21,113 nucleotides of DNA from a virus (lineage: Duplodnaviria; Heunggongvirae; Uroviricota; Caudoviricetes). Each line of letters starts with the position of its first letter. The first letter of the stretch is position 1. Shown piece by piece: positions 12,941-20,945 of the stretch. The stretch is taken from IMG/VR virus record IMGVR_UViG_3300032245_001714. One strand, 5' to 3'. The translations under genes and the position numbers were made by a program. The notes under the pieces were generated by a model. That model made no database searches and was not told where the DNA came from. It worked only from the letters and a program-made list of their open reading frames with translations.

Positions 12941-14035
12941 TTAAAACGGACTCGGAATAATGTTAGCCATGTCATACTTCTTAGTCAGTATATCGGCTGC
13001 TTTAACTTGCAGAAGACGACGATTTTTATCTTCGATTTTAAAGCCATTGTCGTGAGATGCAAAGTGAGTCATACCATTAACCAAGTCCCAAACATTTGTT
13101 CCGGTCTTAGCTCCCTTCTTCTGGGCTGGTGACATTGTAATCGTGTCGATGCCAGCAGTGTGGAAACGAGCACGGGTGTTATGAAGAGGCACCCAAGCTT
13201 CCAACTCCTTATGTTCTGCGTCAGAATATGACTTAAGGTAATCGTGGGCAATTTCAAGTTCTGATAGAGATGCTCTAGTGTTCATAGCATTACGAACTGA
13301 AGCTTCGAATTTAGCCGGACGGAAGCCTGTCTCTGCTAAGCTATTTAGATTAGTCCAAAACTTCTCCATTGTAAACCCGTCCATTTGACCAAGACGTAAT
13401 GTTTCTTCGAATGCGTTACCGATCATACCGTTTGCGCAGACCAATCGATATAGATAAGGACTAACTTCAAAGCCTGCGTTTGGTGAGTTTGAAAAGGTTA
13501 CTCCTCCAAAGAACTCTTCATCTTTTAGACCTTCTAAACTCCAAACGTTTTTAGGAGAAGAAGTGTTGATCGTTACTCCTCCGTCGAAACCGATGGAGAA
13601 GTCGTTAACCTCCAGACCATACTTATTTATAATAGATGTAGAGGTGTCTAAGAATGTTTGGTTTGAAACCAAGTCTCTTGGATCTTTTTGAACTCCAACG
13701 ATGGAACGGTTTGAAGGATTGAGTACCAATGAAACCTCAGTGTTACCCTTAGCCTGAGCTGCAGTCTTTAACCTGTTAACTAATTGTTGTCTAGCCTTTT
13801 CTCCGAAGGCTGAGCTAAACGTTTTATCAAAACCAACCGGAAGACCTACTATCTTACAGATGCCTTTGAATGCGTCGGCTGTCATGCTGACCTGTTTGCC
13901 ATCAAGGCTAAGTGTAGAGTTGTTAACCACCTCAATGTTCTTAAGCGGAAATGCTTTACGGATTGGTGTGCGATCTACGGCTTCTTTAGCTCTTTGATCG
14001 AATACTGTTTGTGAAATTGTTTGATACTTTGACAT
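12941..14035 (-). CDS. DUF932/DUF945-like protein, 364 aa
   Basis: YLYRLVCANGMIG motif and C-terminal WDLVNGMT helix; start moved to MSKYQT. Confidence 0.65.
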   Translation of the reverse strand: MSKYQTISQTVFDQRAKEAVDRTPIRKAFPLKNIEVVNNSTLSLDGKQVSMTADAFKGICKIVGLPVGFDKTFSSAFGEKARQQLVNRLKTAAQAKGNTEVSLVLNPSNRSIVGVQKDPRDLVSNQTFLDTSTSIINKYGLEVNDFSIGFDGGVTINTSSPKNVWSLEGLKDEEFFGGVTFSNSPNAGFEVSPYLYRLVCANGMIGNAFEETLRLGQMDGFTMEKFWTNLNSLAETGFRPAKFEASVRNAMNTRASLSELEIAHDYLKSYSDAEHKELEAWVPLHNTRARFHTAGIDTITMSPAQKKGAKTGTNVWDLVNGMTHFASHDNGFKIEDKNRRLLQVKAADILTKKYDMANIIPSPF

Positions 14036-14060
14036 ATGACTTAAATTTTTGTTTGTTATG

Positions 14061-14068
14061 CAAATATA
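14061..14068 (-). promoter_or_regulatory. -7 promoter box TATATTTG
   Basis: TAnnTTTG. Confidence 0.75.
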
Positions 14069-14072
14069 ATAC

Positions 14073-14111
14073 AAGTCCGCTTAATAAAAAAATATTAAGC
14101 GGACTTTTTTT
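14073..14111. terminator. Hairpin enclosing the promoter upstream element
   Basis: AAGTCCGCTTAAT / ATTAAGCGGACTT, loop AAAAAAAT. Confidence 0.7.
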
Positions 14112-14114
14112 AGA

Positions 14115-15125
14115 CTAACTCATAAAATCAGGTTGAAGTTGGGGTTGTCCTCCGAATATCAGATCATCAAAGACTTCTCCCTCGCTCTCAATCAGTGATC
14201 GTTCGTGGGCTAAAGCTTCTCTTGCATTCTCATCGTTGCTAAACCTAACAGAGTCATATTTAACATCTCCTGTTTCAGATAGAGAATAGAACATACGCTT
14301 ACCCGCTGTACCTCTACGGTTTTTAGTGAACGTGATATACTGAGTTGAAGACTCTTGATCAAATCTAAGCTCCATCATACCCGTTGTGTTGTGCTTGAGT
14401 TTATTGGAACCGACGAAGACACCACCCTTAGTAACCTGTTGGATAGCAATGAAGGTGGTATTGGTTTTAGTGTCGTTGTTTCCAAGGTTGTGAGAAACCA
14501 TCAGATCGATCAGCCATTTTTCGGAACCGGTGGTCGAGAACTTTAGGGTCTCTTTTATGTCCTCTTGAACCTCTGCAAAAGAGTCAATCAGAACCACATC
14601 GTATCCTGGCTGAAGTGCCTTCTCTATTACGTTCTTTGGATTGCTGTCGCAATACTCTCCGGTAAATAGAATATCAACCTCTCCAAACTTTGGATAGCGT
14701 TTAACATATCCATGAAGATCGATGCGAGTCATTTCAGCGGAAATGAAAAGTACTTTATGACCTGCGATAGCCAAGTCGGAAAGGATGTCCAACGAAACCG
14801 TTGATTTACCTACCCCCGGATCTCCGATAAGCATGAAGTTGCAAGCCTTAGGTATACCTCCGTCAGTAGTGAAGAGTAGGTCTACCGGTTTGCCGGTCTT
14901 CATGGGTACAAATAGATCGTCAGGAAACTCCTGGTCCTTCATCTTAACAAGCTCTAGTGGTTTCTCCACGAAGGTTGGTGCTGATGGGGTTGGTGTAACT
15001 GGGGTTGGTGGTAAGCCTTGCTCAATACGCTTACGTATTGCTGCTTGGCGCATAGCCTCTGCTATGCGGGCTTTAGCCTCCTCTGTCATGGGTTTTCTTT
15101 GCCCGGTTGGTTCTTTAAATGCCAT
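14115..15125 (-). CDS. RadA/Sms-like RecA-fold ATPase lacking the Zn finger and Lon-like domain
   Basis: Walker A GDPGVGKST, ISAEM, Walker B VLIDS, GSNKLKH and KNRRG (RadA KNRFG motif). Confidence 0.8.
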   Translation of the reverse strand: MAFKEPTGQRKPMTEEAKARIAEAMRQAAIRKRIEQGLPPTPVTPTPSAPTFVEKPLELVKMKDQEFPDDLFVPMKTGKPVDLLFTTDGGIPKACNFMLIGDPGVGKSTVSLDILSDLAIAGHKVLFISAEMTRIDLHGYVKRYPKFGEVDILFTGEYCDSNPKNVIEKALQPGYDVVLIDSFAEVQEDIKETLKFSTTGSEKWLIDLMVSHNLGNNDTKTNTTFIAIQQVTKGGVFVGSNKLKHNTTGMMELRFDQESSTQYITFTKNRRGTAGKRMFYSLSETGDVKYDSVRFSNDENAREALAHERSLIESEGEVFDDLIFGGQPQLQPDFMS

Positions 15126-15155
15126 AGTTTTTAAATTTAAGTTTGATTAATAAAG

Positions 15156-15163
15156 CAAATGTA
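15156..15163 (-). promoter_or_regulatory. -7 promoter box TACATTTG
   Basis: TAnnTTTG. Confidence 0.7.
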
Positions 15164-15207
15164 AGATAAACTTTTTAAATAGAAAAATCCTATCTGAGAA
15201 TTTTTTG

Positions 15208-15417
15208 TTAATAGATCGTAATGAAATTTATGTAGTCGATGTAGCGTCTCACGGAACCGTTGGCTAAATAAACGTTGAGTACTCCGCCGTCCCAGTGGGC
15301 TTGTGTTACCCTTTGACCGACATGGACCGTAACTGAATTGTACTGATCTTTGAAAACTCTAACTCGGTCAGTTTCTACTCTAACTATACCGAATGATTGA
15401 AATGATGGATTCCACAT
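15208..15417 (-). CDS. Hypothetical protein, 69 aa
   Basis: ORF track; promoter upstream. Confidence 0.75.
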   Translation of the reverse strand: MWNPSFQSFGIVRVETDRVRVFKDQYNSVTVHVGQRVTQAHWDGGVLNVYLANGSVRRYIDYINFITIY

Positions 15418-15438
15418 ATAAGTTTGTTTTAATTAACC

Positions 15439-15446
15439 CAAATGTA
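15439..15446 (-). promoter_or_regulatory. -7 promoter box TACATTTG
   Basis: TAnnTTTG. Confidence 0.7.
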
Positions 15447-15494
15447 AATAAAACTATTCAAAGATAAAAATATTTGGACGGATATTTTAAAAAT

Positions 15495-15520
15495 AAAAAA
15501 AGCCCGGGATATCCCGGGCT
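15495..15520 (-). terminator. Intrinsic terminator
   Basis: Perfect palindrome AGCCCGGGATATCCCGGGCT plus T-tract. Confidence 0.85.
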
Positions 15521-15558
15521 CTGGACCAATTGGTCCTATCAACCAAACCAAACTATGC

Positions 15559-16002
15559 TTAATAACTCACAGTCGCATCTTTACTTAACACAGATCTTAG
15601 AGTTTGAAACTCCCTCTTTGATTCATTAACGTGTCCGTTAACAAATAACCATTCTCCTGCTGCTGTGAAAAGATAGCCATACTCCTCAACATCGCTTCTC
15701 ATGAAATCTTCAGCATTCTTATGTGATGAGATGCTTAGATCTTCACCTCGGTCTCGGTGATAAGCTACTGTGATGTCATCATTCTGATTTTCAAAAGTGT
15801 GTTGCACTCCTTCAGGAATTTCAACCTGTGGTCTAAGGGACGAGATGCTCCCAAGTTCTATTAAGGATTCCACCTTCTCTTGGGTTTTGTAATTGTTGAA
15901 TAAAATTTCTCCATTGTTAGATGGATAACCATCCCAGTGACAGTAAATTGAATTAACTGTTCCGTCTTGGTTTTCGATTGCGATTCTTGAACGTGTTGCC
16001 AT
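15559..16002 (-). CDS. Conserved phage protein (IYCHWDGYP family)
   Basis: MATRSRI...SIYCHWDGYP...AYHRDRGE...EYGYLF motif series. Confidence 0.8.
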   Translation of the reverse strand: MATRSRIAIENQDGTVNSIYCHWDGYPSNNGEILFNNYKTQEKVESLIELGSISSLRPQVEIPEGVQHTFENQNDDITVAYHRDRGEDLSISSHKNAEDFMRSDVEEYGYLFTAAGEWLFVNGHVNESKREFQTLRSVLSKDATVSY

Positions 16003-16071
16003 ATGTATTTGTTTTTAGGTTGTAAAGGTAATCAATCTTTTTGAAATAAAAAAATATTTAGAGGTTTTTTT

Positions 16072-16302
16072 TTAATAATCTTCATCATCTTCGTCCTCAG
16101 TGTAGTTACTATTGTTTTCATTATAACACCATTCCTCTTTCCGGTCGTCCCAATAGATTCCGTACTCTTTCTCGTAGTAGTCAGAGTTGTTTGAATGGTA
16201 TTCGCTCATCGGCATCGCATCGTCCTCATGTCTAATACTATCCATATACTCCTTGTAATCCTTTTTGAGGATAGCTTTGAATTCATGAATAGTGGTATTC
16301 AT
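16072..16302 (-). CDS. Acidic hypothetical protein, 76 aa
   Basis: ORF track. Confidence 0.65.
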   Translation of the reverse strand: MNTTIHEFKAILKKDYKEYMDSIRHEDDAMPMSEYHSNNSDYYEKEYGIYWDDRKEEWCYNENNSNYTEDEDDEDY

Positions 16303-16303
16303 G

Positions 16304-16708
16304 TTATTTGTTTTTTACAATTTCAATAAGTTTTTTAAGACATTCAAGTTCAGCTTCTTCGTAAGTATCAAAAACCTTACTTGTCCAAGTAGCCCAATTA
16401 ACCCACCACTTTGTTTCATCATACTTTGTTGGATACATGTGCACATTATACTTCTCTCTAAACCATCTAAATGCTTGTTGGTAAAGTGGAACTCCACAAA
16501 TACCAAAAGAATATAATTCTAATTCTTCTGCTTTGTCATCTGATTTTATATTGTCATGAGGATAAAACACTTGTTGATATTTAATGAAATACTTATCATT
16601 TTCTATAGTACCATCTCCAAATCCAATAAGATGTGCTAAACAAGGTTCATCAAACCCTAGTTTCTTTAAGGCAAGTGCTTGTTCGTATGGTATAAATTCT
16701 TTTTTCAT
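16304..16708 (-). CDS. Conserved Bacteroidota-phage-type protein, 134 aa
   Basis: EFIPYEQALALKKLGFDEPC...PLYQQAFRWFREKY...TYEEAELECLKKLI pattern. Confidence 0.8.
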   Translation of the reverse strand: MKKEFIPYEQALALKKLGFDEPCLAHLIGFGDGTIENDKYFIKYQQVFYPHDNIKSDDKAEELELYSFGICGVPLYQQAFRWFREKYNVHMYPTKYDETKWWVNWATWTSKVFDTYEEAELECLKKLIEIVKNK

Positions 16709-16714
16709 ATTGTT

Positions 16715-17116
16715 TTAGAGTTCTGCGCTAAATGAACATTCTCCTTTCTCCTCCACACATCCTTTAATCTTTACTCCTAGTTCCAATCGGGCATACCAAA
16801 CCAGAAGTTCCCAAACCTTTTCCTTTGGTATTTCAAAAGCCTCTATAATCATCTGGTCGTTATAACTATCTCTTTGTGCAAAGAAATCATCCAATCTCAT
16901 TTTATACTCTCCAAGATGAATTATACATTCTTCTATACCATGCTTAATCTCTTCAAGGTCTCCAGTTTGAAAGAAGTACTGAAGCTCATAAGGAATTTCA
17001 TCCTCGTCTTCAAAATAAACCTCTTCCTCCGATCCTCCGAAGAATGAAGCGTCGTCCGAGCATTGAACTCCGAACCAGAATTTACCTTCAATGTCACCTG
17101 TGTAATAGCGTCCCAT
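16715..17116 (-). CDS. Conserved phage protein (MGRYYxGDIEGKFWFGVQ family)
   Basis: N-terminal motif. Confidence 0.8.
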   Translation of the reverse strand: MGRYYTGDIEGKFWFGVQCSDDASFFGGSEEEVYFEDEDEIPYELQYFFQTGDLEEIKHGIEECIIHLGEYKMRLDDFFAQRDSYNDQMIIEAFEIPKEKVWELLVWYARLELGVKIKGCVEEKGECSFSAEL

Positions 17117-17137
17117 ATTTTTAAGTTTGATTTAACC

Positions 17138-17145
17138 CAAAGATA
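17138..17145 (-). promoter_or_regulatory. -7 promoter box TATCTTTG
   Basis: TAnnTTTG with TTTTTTAT 15 nt upstream. Confidence 0.75.
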
Positions 17146-17176
17146 AGACTTCTCGTTCAGATAAAAAAATCTTTTA

Positions 17177-17371
17177 CTAGATTCTTTCTTTCAAAATTGA
17201 TAATTCTTTGTTAATGCGCTTCACGTCACCGTCAACCAATTCTGCGGTGCCGCCACCTTTAACTGTTTTCACTCCGCTCTTTAACTGAGACTCTAGACGA
17301 TCCATTACTCTAGTTCTGCGTTCTCTTGTTTTTTGGTCTCCTTTGAAACCTTTTAATGATCCGTTACTCAT
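17177..17371 (-). CDS. Basic hypothetical protein, 64 aa
   Basis: ORF track; tandem stops TAG TAA. Confidence 0.7.
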   Translation of the reverse strand: MSNGSLKGFKGDQKTRERRTRVMDRLESQLKSGVKTVKGGGTAELVDGDVKRINKELSILKERI

Positions 17372-17397
17372 GATATAAAATTTAAGATTTTAAAAAA

Positions 17398-17730
17398 TTA
17401 ATTTAGCGTATAGCCGGCTTCAGCCAATTCTCTCTTAGCCTCGCTGTCCCATTTGTCCGGAATAGCTCCTTCTATATGGTAGGCGTAATTTGATTGTTCT
17501 TCGTTGTCCTCGTCGAATCTGATAACGACATCCAGATAAGACCCAAAGTCGTGAGGGTTGGATTTGATTTTGAAATCAACACCTTCTGGTGGATTCCCGT
17601 TCTCTCTAATTAGTTGATTGATAAGTGCTCTGGCTTCTGTGCGGGAACTGCTGGAATAGTTGAAAGATCCAACTTGAGCGCAAGGTTCGTCATGTGGTGT
17701 AGTGCATGCGAGTTCTAGTTGATAGTACAT
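17398..17730 (-). CDS. Conserved phage protein (TPxDEPCAQVG...HDFGxY family)
   Basis: Motifs TPHDEPCAQVG, NPHDFGSYLDV and PDKWD. Confidence 0.8.
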   Translation of the reverse strand: MYYQLELACTTPHDEPCAQVGSFNYSSSSRTEARALINQLIRENGNPPEGVDFKIKSNPHDFGSYLDVVIRFDEDNEEQSNYAYHIEGAIPDKWDSEAKRELAEAGYTLN

Positions 17731-17750
17731 CTTTTATTTGGTTTATGTCC

Positions 17751-17758
17751 CAAATGTA
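17751..17758 (-). promoter_or_regulatory. -7 promoter box TACATTTG
   Basis: TAnnTTTG with TTTTTTAT 15 nt upstream. Confidence 0.75.
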
Positions 17759-17788
17759 AATCAACTTCTTCAAATAAAAAAATTTTTA

Positions 17789-17995
17789 CTAAACTTTTTC
17801 TACTTTTCTTTTTTTGAGACTACCTATCATTCTGGCTCTGCCAACAGGTTCTCCGTTTTCGTCTATTCGATAGACATAGGCGTAAAGGTATGTTAGGGCA
17901 TCTACTAAATAGACCTCTCCGTCTATTCTGTAATACTCTCCAACCTCTAGCTTAATCTCTTTCTCCTTAGACTTTTTTATACTATTGTTACTCAT
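17789..17995 (-). CDS. Hypothetical protein, 68 aa
   Basis: ORF track; overlapping operon structure. Confidence 0.7.
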   Translation of the reverse strand: MSNNSIKKSKEKEIKLEVGEYYRIDGEVYLVDALTYLYAYVYRIDENGEPVGRARMIGSLKKRKVEKV

Positions 17996-18251
17996 CTCTT
18001 TTAAGTTGTGGATAATTTTGTTCTATTTCTTCTTTGCTCATTCCAAACTTCTCTTTCAACATATTGCTCAGCGACACGGGACCGCTGGTGTACTCAACGA
18101 TTGGCCATTCCTGATTCTCCTCCTTCTCTAGTATCTTGGGTATTATTGAGTACTCATCTAGATACTCAAAGAAGCCTTTGTCTATAGCCTCGCTTTCTCC
18201 TAATACTGTTTCGACCTCAATCGTGATTAGCCTATAGTCTACTGCTGCCAT
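17988..18251 (-). CDS. Hypothetical protein, 87 aa
   Basis: ORF track. Confidence 0.7.
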   Translation of the reverse strand: MAAVDYRLITIEVETVLGESEAIDKGFFEYLDEYSIIPKILEKEENQEWPIVEYTSGPVSLSNMLKEKFGMSKEEIEQNYPQLKRDE

Positions 18252-18532
18252 TGTTTAATTAGTGTTTTTGTATAGATGGTGTCACCAATGGGCATAGACC
18301 GTTGGGATCTCATTGTTCTTCCGTTACTAAGGGTAATATCGAAACTTGGATTAATCTGATCCATGACACTGACAGGTTTATGTCTCTCACACGAGTTAAC
18401 GATTAGTGTATCGAATTTAACCTTGTAAACAACATGGTTGATAACTTCAATATCTGAATCCTTTTTAACCTGGGTTTGTTGACATGAGACCAATGTCAAA
18501 ACTAATAGCGGAAGTAGAATCTTTTTAATCAT
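18239..18532 (-). CDS. Putative lipoprotein, 97 aa
   Basis: Signal II MIKKILLPLLVLTLVS-C with lipobox LVSC. Confidence 0.65.
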   Translation of the reverse strand: MIKKILLPLLVLTLVSCQQTQVKKDSDIEVINHVVYKVKFDTLIVNSCERHKPVSVMDQINPSFDITLSNGRTMRSQRSMPIGDTIYTKTLIKQWQQ

Positions 18533-18741
18533 TTTGATATTCCTATAATTAATTCTCTATTTAATTTACTATACTTTGAAATCAGATTCTCCAAAGAGAT
18601 ACCATATACTAGATATCTTTTGTTTTTGTAACTGAATGAAACCTCCCAATCATCTTCACCAAATAGTGTTTTAGTTTCTATCGCACGCACATTAGTGAAA
18701 CCAAGAATCTCTAGCAACTTTACGTGTTCTTCCTTATTCAT
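18529..18741 (-). CDS. Hypothetical protein, 70 aa
   Basis: ORF track; ATGA overlap. Confidence 0.7.
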   Translation of the reverse strand: MNKEEHVKLLEILGFTNVRAIETKTLFGEDDWEVSFSYKNKRYLVYGISLENLISKYSKLNRELIIGISK

Positions 18742-19081
18742 CCTGAATTATTAAATTTGAAACCATACTAGCTAACTGGCTAATGATGGCAAATCCTTTA
18801 GCCAACTCCTCTGGAGTTCTCCCCGTCGATTCAAACCATGGCATATCGTTACTGGAAACGAATTTCTCTATATCGTTTACAAATCTCCATCCAACAAGAG
18901 TTCCCTGCTGACAGGAGCTATCTCCCTCGGGACCGATGATGCAAATTTGATCTCCAATAAATTTAGAAGAATATCCAAGTCCGGTGACATGCTTAGCACA
19001 TGAATCAACGAAAGACCGACTGAAGATTTTTTTAGTCCAGTCATCAAGCTCTGGGAATAATGTGAGGATCTTGGTGGTCAT
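18734..19081 (-). CDS. Hypothetical protein, 115 aa
   Basis: ORF track; TATAAATA 9 nt upstream. Confidence 0.7.
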   Translation of the reverse strand: MTTKILTLFPELDDWTKKIFSRSFVDSCAKHVTGLGYSSKFIGDQICIIGPEGDSSCQQGTLVGWRFVNDIEKFVSSNDMPWFESTGRTPEELAKGFAIISQLASMVSNLIIQDE

Positions 19082-19090
19082 TTGTATATG

Positions 19091-19098
19091 TATTTATA
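19091..19098 (-). promoter_or_regulatory. TATAAATA, identical to the T4 late promoter
   Basis: Exact match between a terminator and an ATG, with no TAnnTTTG nearby. Confidence 0.45.
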
Positions 19099-19109
19099 GT
19101 TGGAATTGT

Positions 19110-19123
19110 TGAAAACGTTTCGA
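19110..19123. promoter_or_regulatory. LacI-family-operator-like site TGAAAACGTTTCGA
   Basis: 12/14 match to TGWAANCGNTNWCA; AAACGTTT core. Confidence 0.35.
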
Positions 19124-19127
19124 TCAG

Positions 19128-19165
19128 AAAAAAGCCCAGCTATATCTTTGATAGCTGGACTTTTT
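19128..19165 (-). terminator. Intrinsic terminator
   Basis: CCAGCTAT/ATAGCTGG stem flanked by A and T tracts. Confidence 0.8.
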
Positions 19166-19183
19166 AATTTCTGAAGGCAGATC

Positions 19184-19411
19184 TTAAGCTTTAACTGCAG
19201 CCTTACGACCGCGGCTAATGTTGTAAGCTGCATTTACAATACGCTCGTTTTTGAAACGACCAGACAACACGTAGCTCACTGTGCTGATTGCAAACCCAGT
19301 TTTACGAGCAACATCTGAAACATCCCCACGACGGCGACCTGCATTTGCGATGCTCAATTTTTGACCATAGCTAACCTTAGCGTAATTGGTCGGACGATTT
19401 TGATTTCTCAT
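19184..19411 (-). CDS. Stand-alone LacI-type HTH protein, 75 aa
   Basis: DVARKTGFAISTVSYVLSG...ERIVNAA matches the LacI HTH pattern DVAxxxGVSxSTVSxVLNG...ERVxxAA; no ligand-binding domain. Confidence 0.7.
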   Translation of the reverse strand: MRNQNRPTNYAKVSYGQKLSIANAGRRRGDVSDVARKTGFAISTVSYVLSGRFKNERIVNAAYNISRGRKAAVKA

Positions 19412-19443
19412 CTTTTAATACTTATTTAAGTTAATAATAGGTA

Positions 19444-19451
19444 CAAATATA
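19444..19451 (-). promoter_or_regulatory. -7 promoter box TATATTTG
   Basis: TAnnTTTG plus upstream TTTTTTAT. Confidence 0.75.
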
Positions 19452-19564
19452 AGGTAAAATCTCGAGATAAAAAAATTTTAATCCAACTTTTTTGGAATTT
19501 TTAGAACCCGCGGTTTCGAAGATGTCTACATCCAAAACTTCTTTTAACTCTCATTCTTCCAAAC

Positions 19565-19594
19565 CCCACAAAAAACCCCCGGATATTCCGAGGG
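19565..19594 (-). terminator. Intrinsic terminator + T6-GTGGG
   Basis: CCC(C)CGGA/TCCG(A)GGG stem; degenerate half-site CCGCGGTTTC at 19508-19517. Confidence 0.75.
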
Positions 19595-19602
19595 TGTTCT
19601 TG

Positions 19603-19860
19603 TTATTTAACTAGCTCCTGAGATTTGAGAATCTCGTATGTCTCTGATAGTTTTTCGTAATCTCCATTTTCAATCTCATCAAGTAGAGCTTCAATAGCGG
19701 ATGTGGCTATGTCGGCTTCAAGATCCTCCGGTGACCACTCTTTCTCTAACATGACTAGACCTAACCCACAGAGGGTGGAGGGATTGTTTACAGAGCCTTC
19801 CACAAATGATGTGAGCTCGCTCTTGATTATTCTTAATTTTAATGCTCTTCCTTGATTCAT
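19603..19860 (-). CDS. Hypothetical protein, 85 aa
   Basis: ORF track. Confidence 0.7.
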   Translation of the reverse strand: MNQGRALKLRIIKSELTSFVEGSVNNPSTLCGLGLVMLEKEWSPEDLEADIATSAIEALLDEIENGDYEKLSETYEILKSQELVK

Positions 19861-19887
19861 AACCGGTTCTATTAAACGTGAGAAATA

Positions 19888-20133
19888 CTATCCGTTATCT
19901 TTACCTGACCCAATTCTTGTTGCATACGAGATAAAGAGTAGCAACATAATGGCTCCAAGGTAAGATTTACTACTTAGCCCGATCTGACTAAATCCGATAA
20001 ACTTTAACCCGTAGATTAGAAGAAGTGGAAAAGAAAGAATGAGGGCTAACCCAATCACAACCGAAAAGATTAAGACGGGCAAAGCTTTGTTCTGAGATGA
20101 TGCGATTTGTTTTAAGATGTCTTTTATATTCAT
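19888..20133 (-). CDS. Small membrane protein (2 TM), 81 aa
   Basis: Hydrophobic segments. Confidence 0.7.
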   Translation of the reverse strand: MNIKDILKQIASSQNKALPVLIFSVVIGLALILSFPLLLIYGLKFIGFSQIGLSSKSYLGAIMLLLFISYATRIGSGKDNG

Positions 20134-20143
20134 GTGATAGTTT

Positions 20144-20386
20144 TTAGATTTCCCAAGGATTTGTTTTCATTGAATCGCTCCAAGCGGATTTACCGTCTAT
20201 AAGTATTTCTTTGATTGCTCCGTGTTCTCCTTTGGAGTGAATGGCTTTAATATACATGCCCGGTTTTTTAACCTTGTCGTAGACGAAGCTTGCTCCGCCG
20301 GCATATGTAACTGTTACTGTGTGTCCTCCTGGCTTTAAGCTAAGGGAATTTGTTCTGTACTGGTCTTGTACTTTTAATTGACTCAT
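20144..20386 (-). CDS. Hypothetical protein, 80 aa
   Basis: ORF track. Confidence 0.75.
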   Translation of the reverse strand: MSQLKVQDQYRTNSLSLKPGGHTVTVTYAGGASFVYDKVKKPGMYIKAIHSKGEHGAIKEILIDGKSAWSDSMKTNPWEI

Positions 20387-20403
20387 GTCTGTGAATTTTG
20401 GGT

Positions 20404-20742
20404 TTAACTAAATGGATCTAAATCTGGATTGGGAATCATCTTCCAACTCTTCTCCGCTCCGGTAATATTTTTGGCTAGAGCAACCGATTTGGCTCTATTC
20501 TTAATCTCTATCAGAGCCTCCGGGTATTCCCCGGCATCTATAAGATCGTCTACAATTTTGGCATCATCTACTGCGAGTTCAACTTGATAGACAACTGCGT
20601 GTCGTTGTCTGTTGGCGTTGGCCCTAAGAATCATGATGCTGAGTTCTCTCGGATCGATCTGTAAACCGTCGGTCTCAAAGTTGAACTCGACAGGTCTGAA
20701 TGATTCAATTCCGTGTGCGTCTGCAATTCCGTAAAATTTCAT
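20404..20742 (-). CDS. Hypothetical protein, 112 aa
   Basis: ORF track; AAACCACAAACT leader. Confidence 0.75.
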   Translation of the reverse strand: MKFYGIADAHGIESFRPVEFNFETDGLQIDPRELSIMILRANANRQRHAVVYQVELAVDDAKIVDDLIDAGEYPEALIEIKNRAKSVALAKNITGAEKSWKMIPNPDLDPFS

Positions 20743-20752
20743 AGTTTGTGGT

Positions 20753-20890
20753 TTATTTTTTTATACTGATGGTGAAGCCAGGTCCGAAGGCCATTCTATA
20801 CTCTGCTGCTAATTTCTCTGCTGCTGATAAAGTATTAGCCTCGTCTACAACTTCAGTTCCGTATTTTGATTTTGCAATGATTTTGTACAT
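20753..20890 (-). CDS. Small hypothetical protein, 45 aa (not in ORF track)
   Basis: My translation MYKIIAKSKYGTEVVDEANTLSAAEKLAAEYRMAFGPGFTISIKK. Confidence 0.65.
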   Translation of the reverse strand: MYKIIAKSKYGTEVVDEANTLSAAEKLAAEYRMAFGPGFTISIKK

Positions 20891-20937
20891 ATGTATTCTT
20901 TTTTTATAGTTTGTAAATGTTTTTATATTTCAAGATC

Positions 20938-20945
20938 CAAATGTA
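20938..20945 (-). promoter_or_regulatory. -7 promoter box TACATTTG
   Basis: TAnnTTTG plus upstream TTTTTTAT. Confidence 0.75.

Noticed and set aside
14794-15262. Half-site matches GAAACCGTTG (14794) and GGAACCGTTG (15253)
   Set aside because: Both lie inside coding sequence (one in Walker A codons) and lack the right arm and terminator context, so they are probably coincidental.
32-19081. + strand and nested ORFs in the track (e.g. 32..256, 476..679, 697..891, 900..1142, 3179..3433, 7766..7957, 12470..12676, 14785..15150)
   Set aside because: Shadows of better minus-strand genes, or they run through terminators and palindromes.
262-20133. Amber (TAG) recoding as in Lak and some crAss-like phages
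   Set aside because: The long genes have no internal TAG breaks, and several TAG stops are followed directly by a terminator, a second stop or the next gene.
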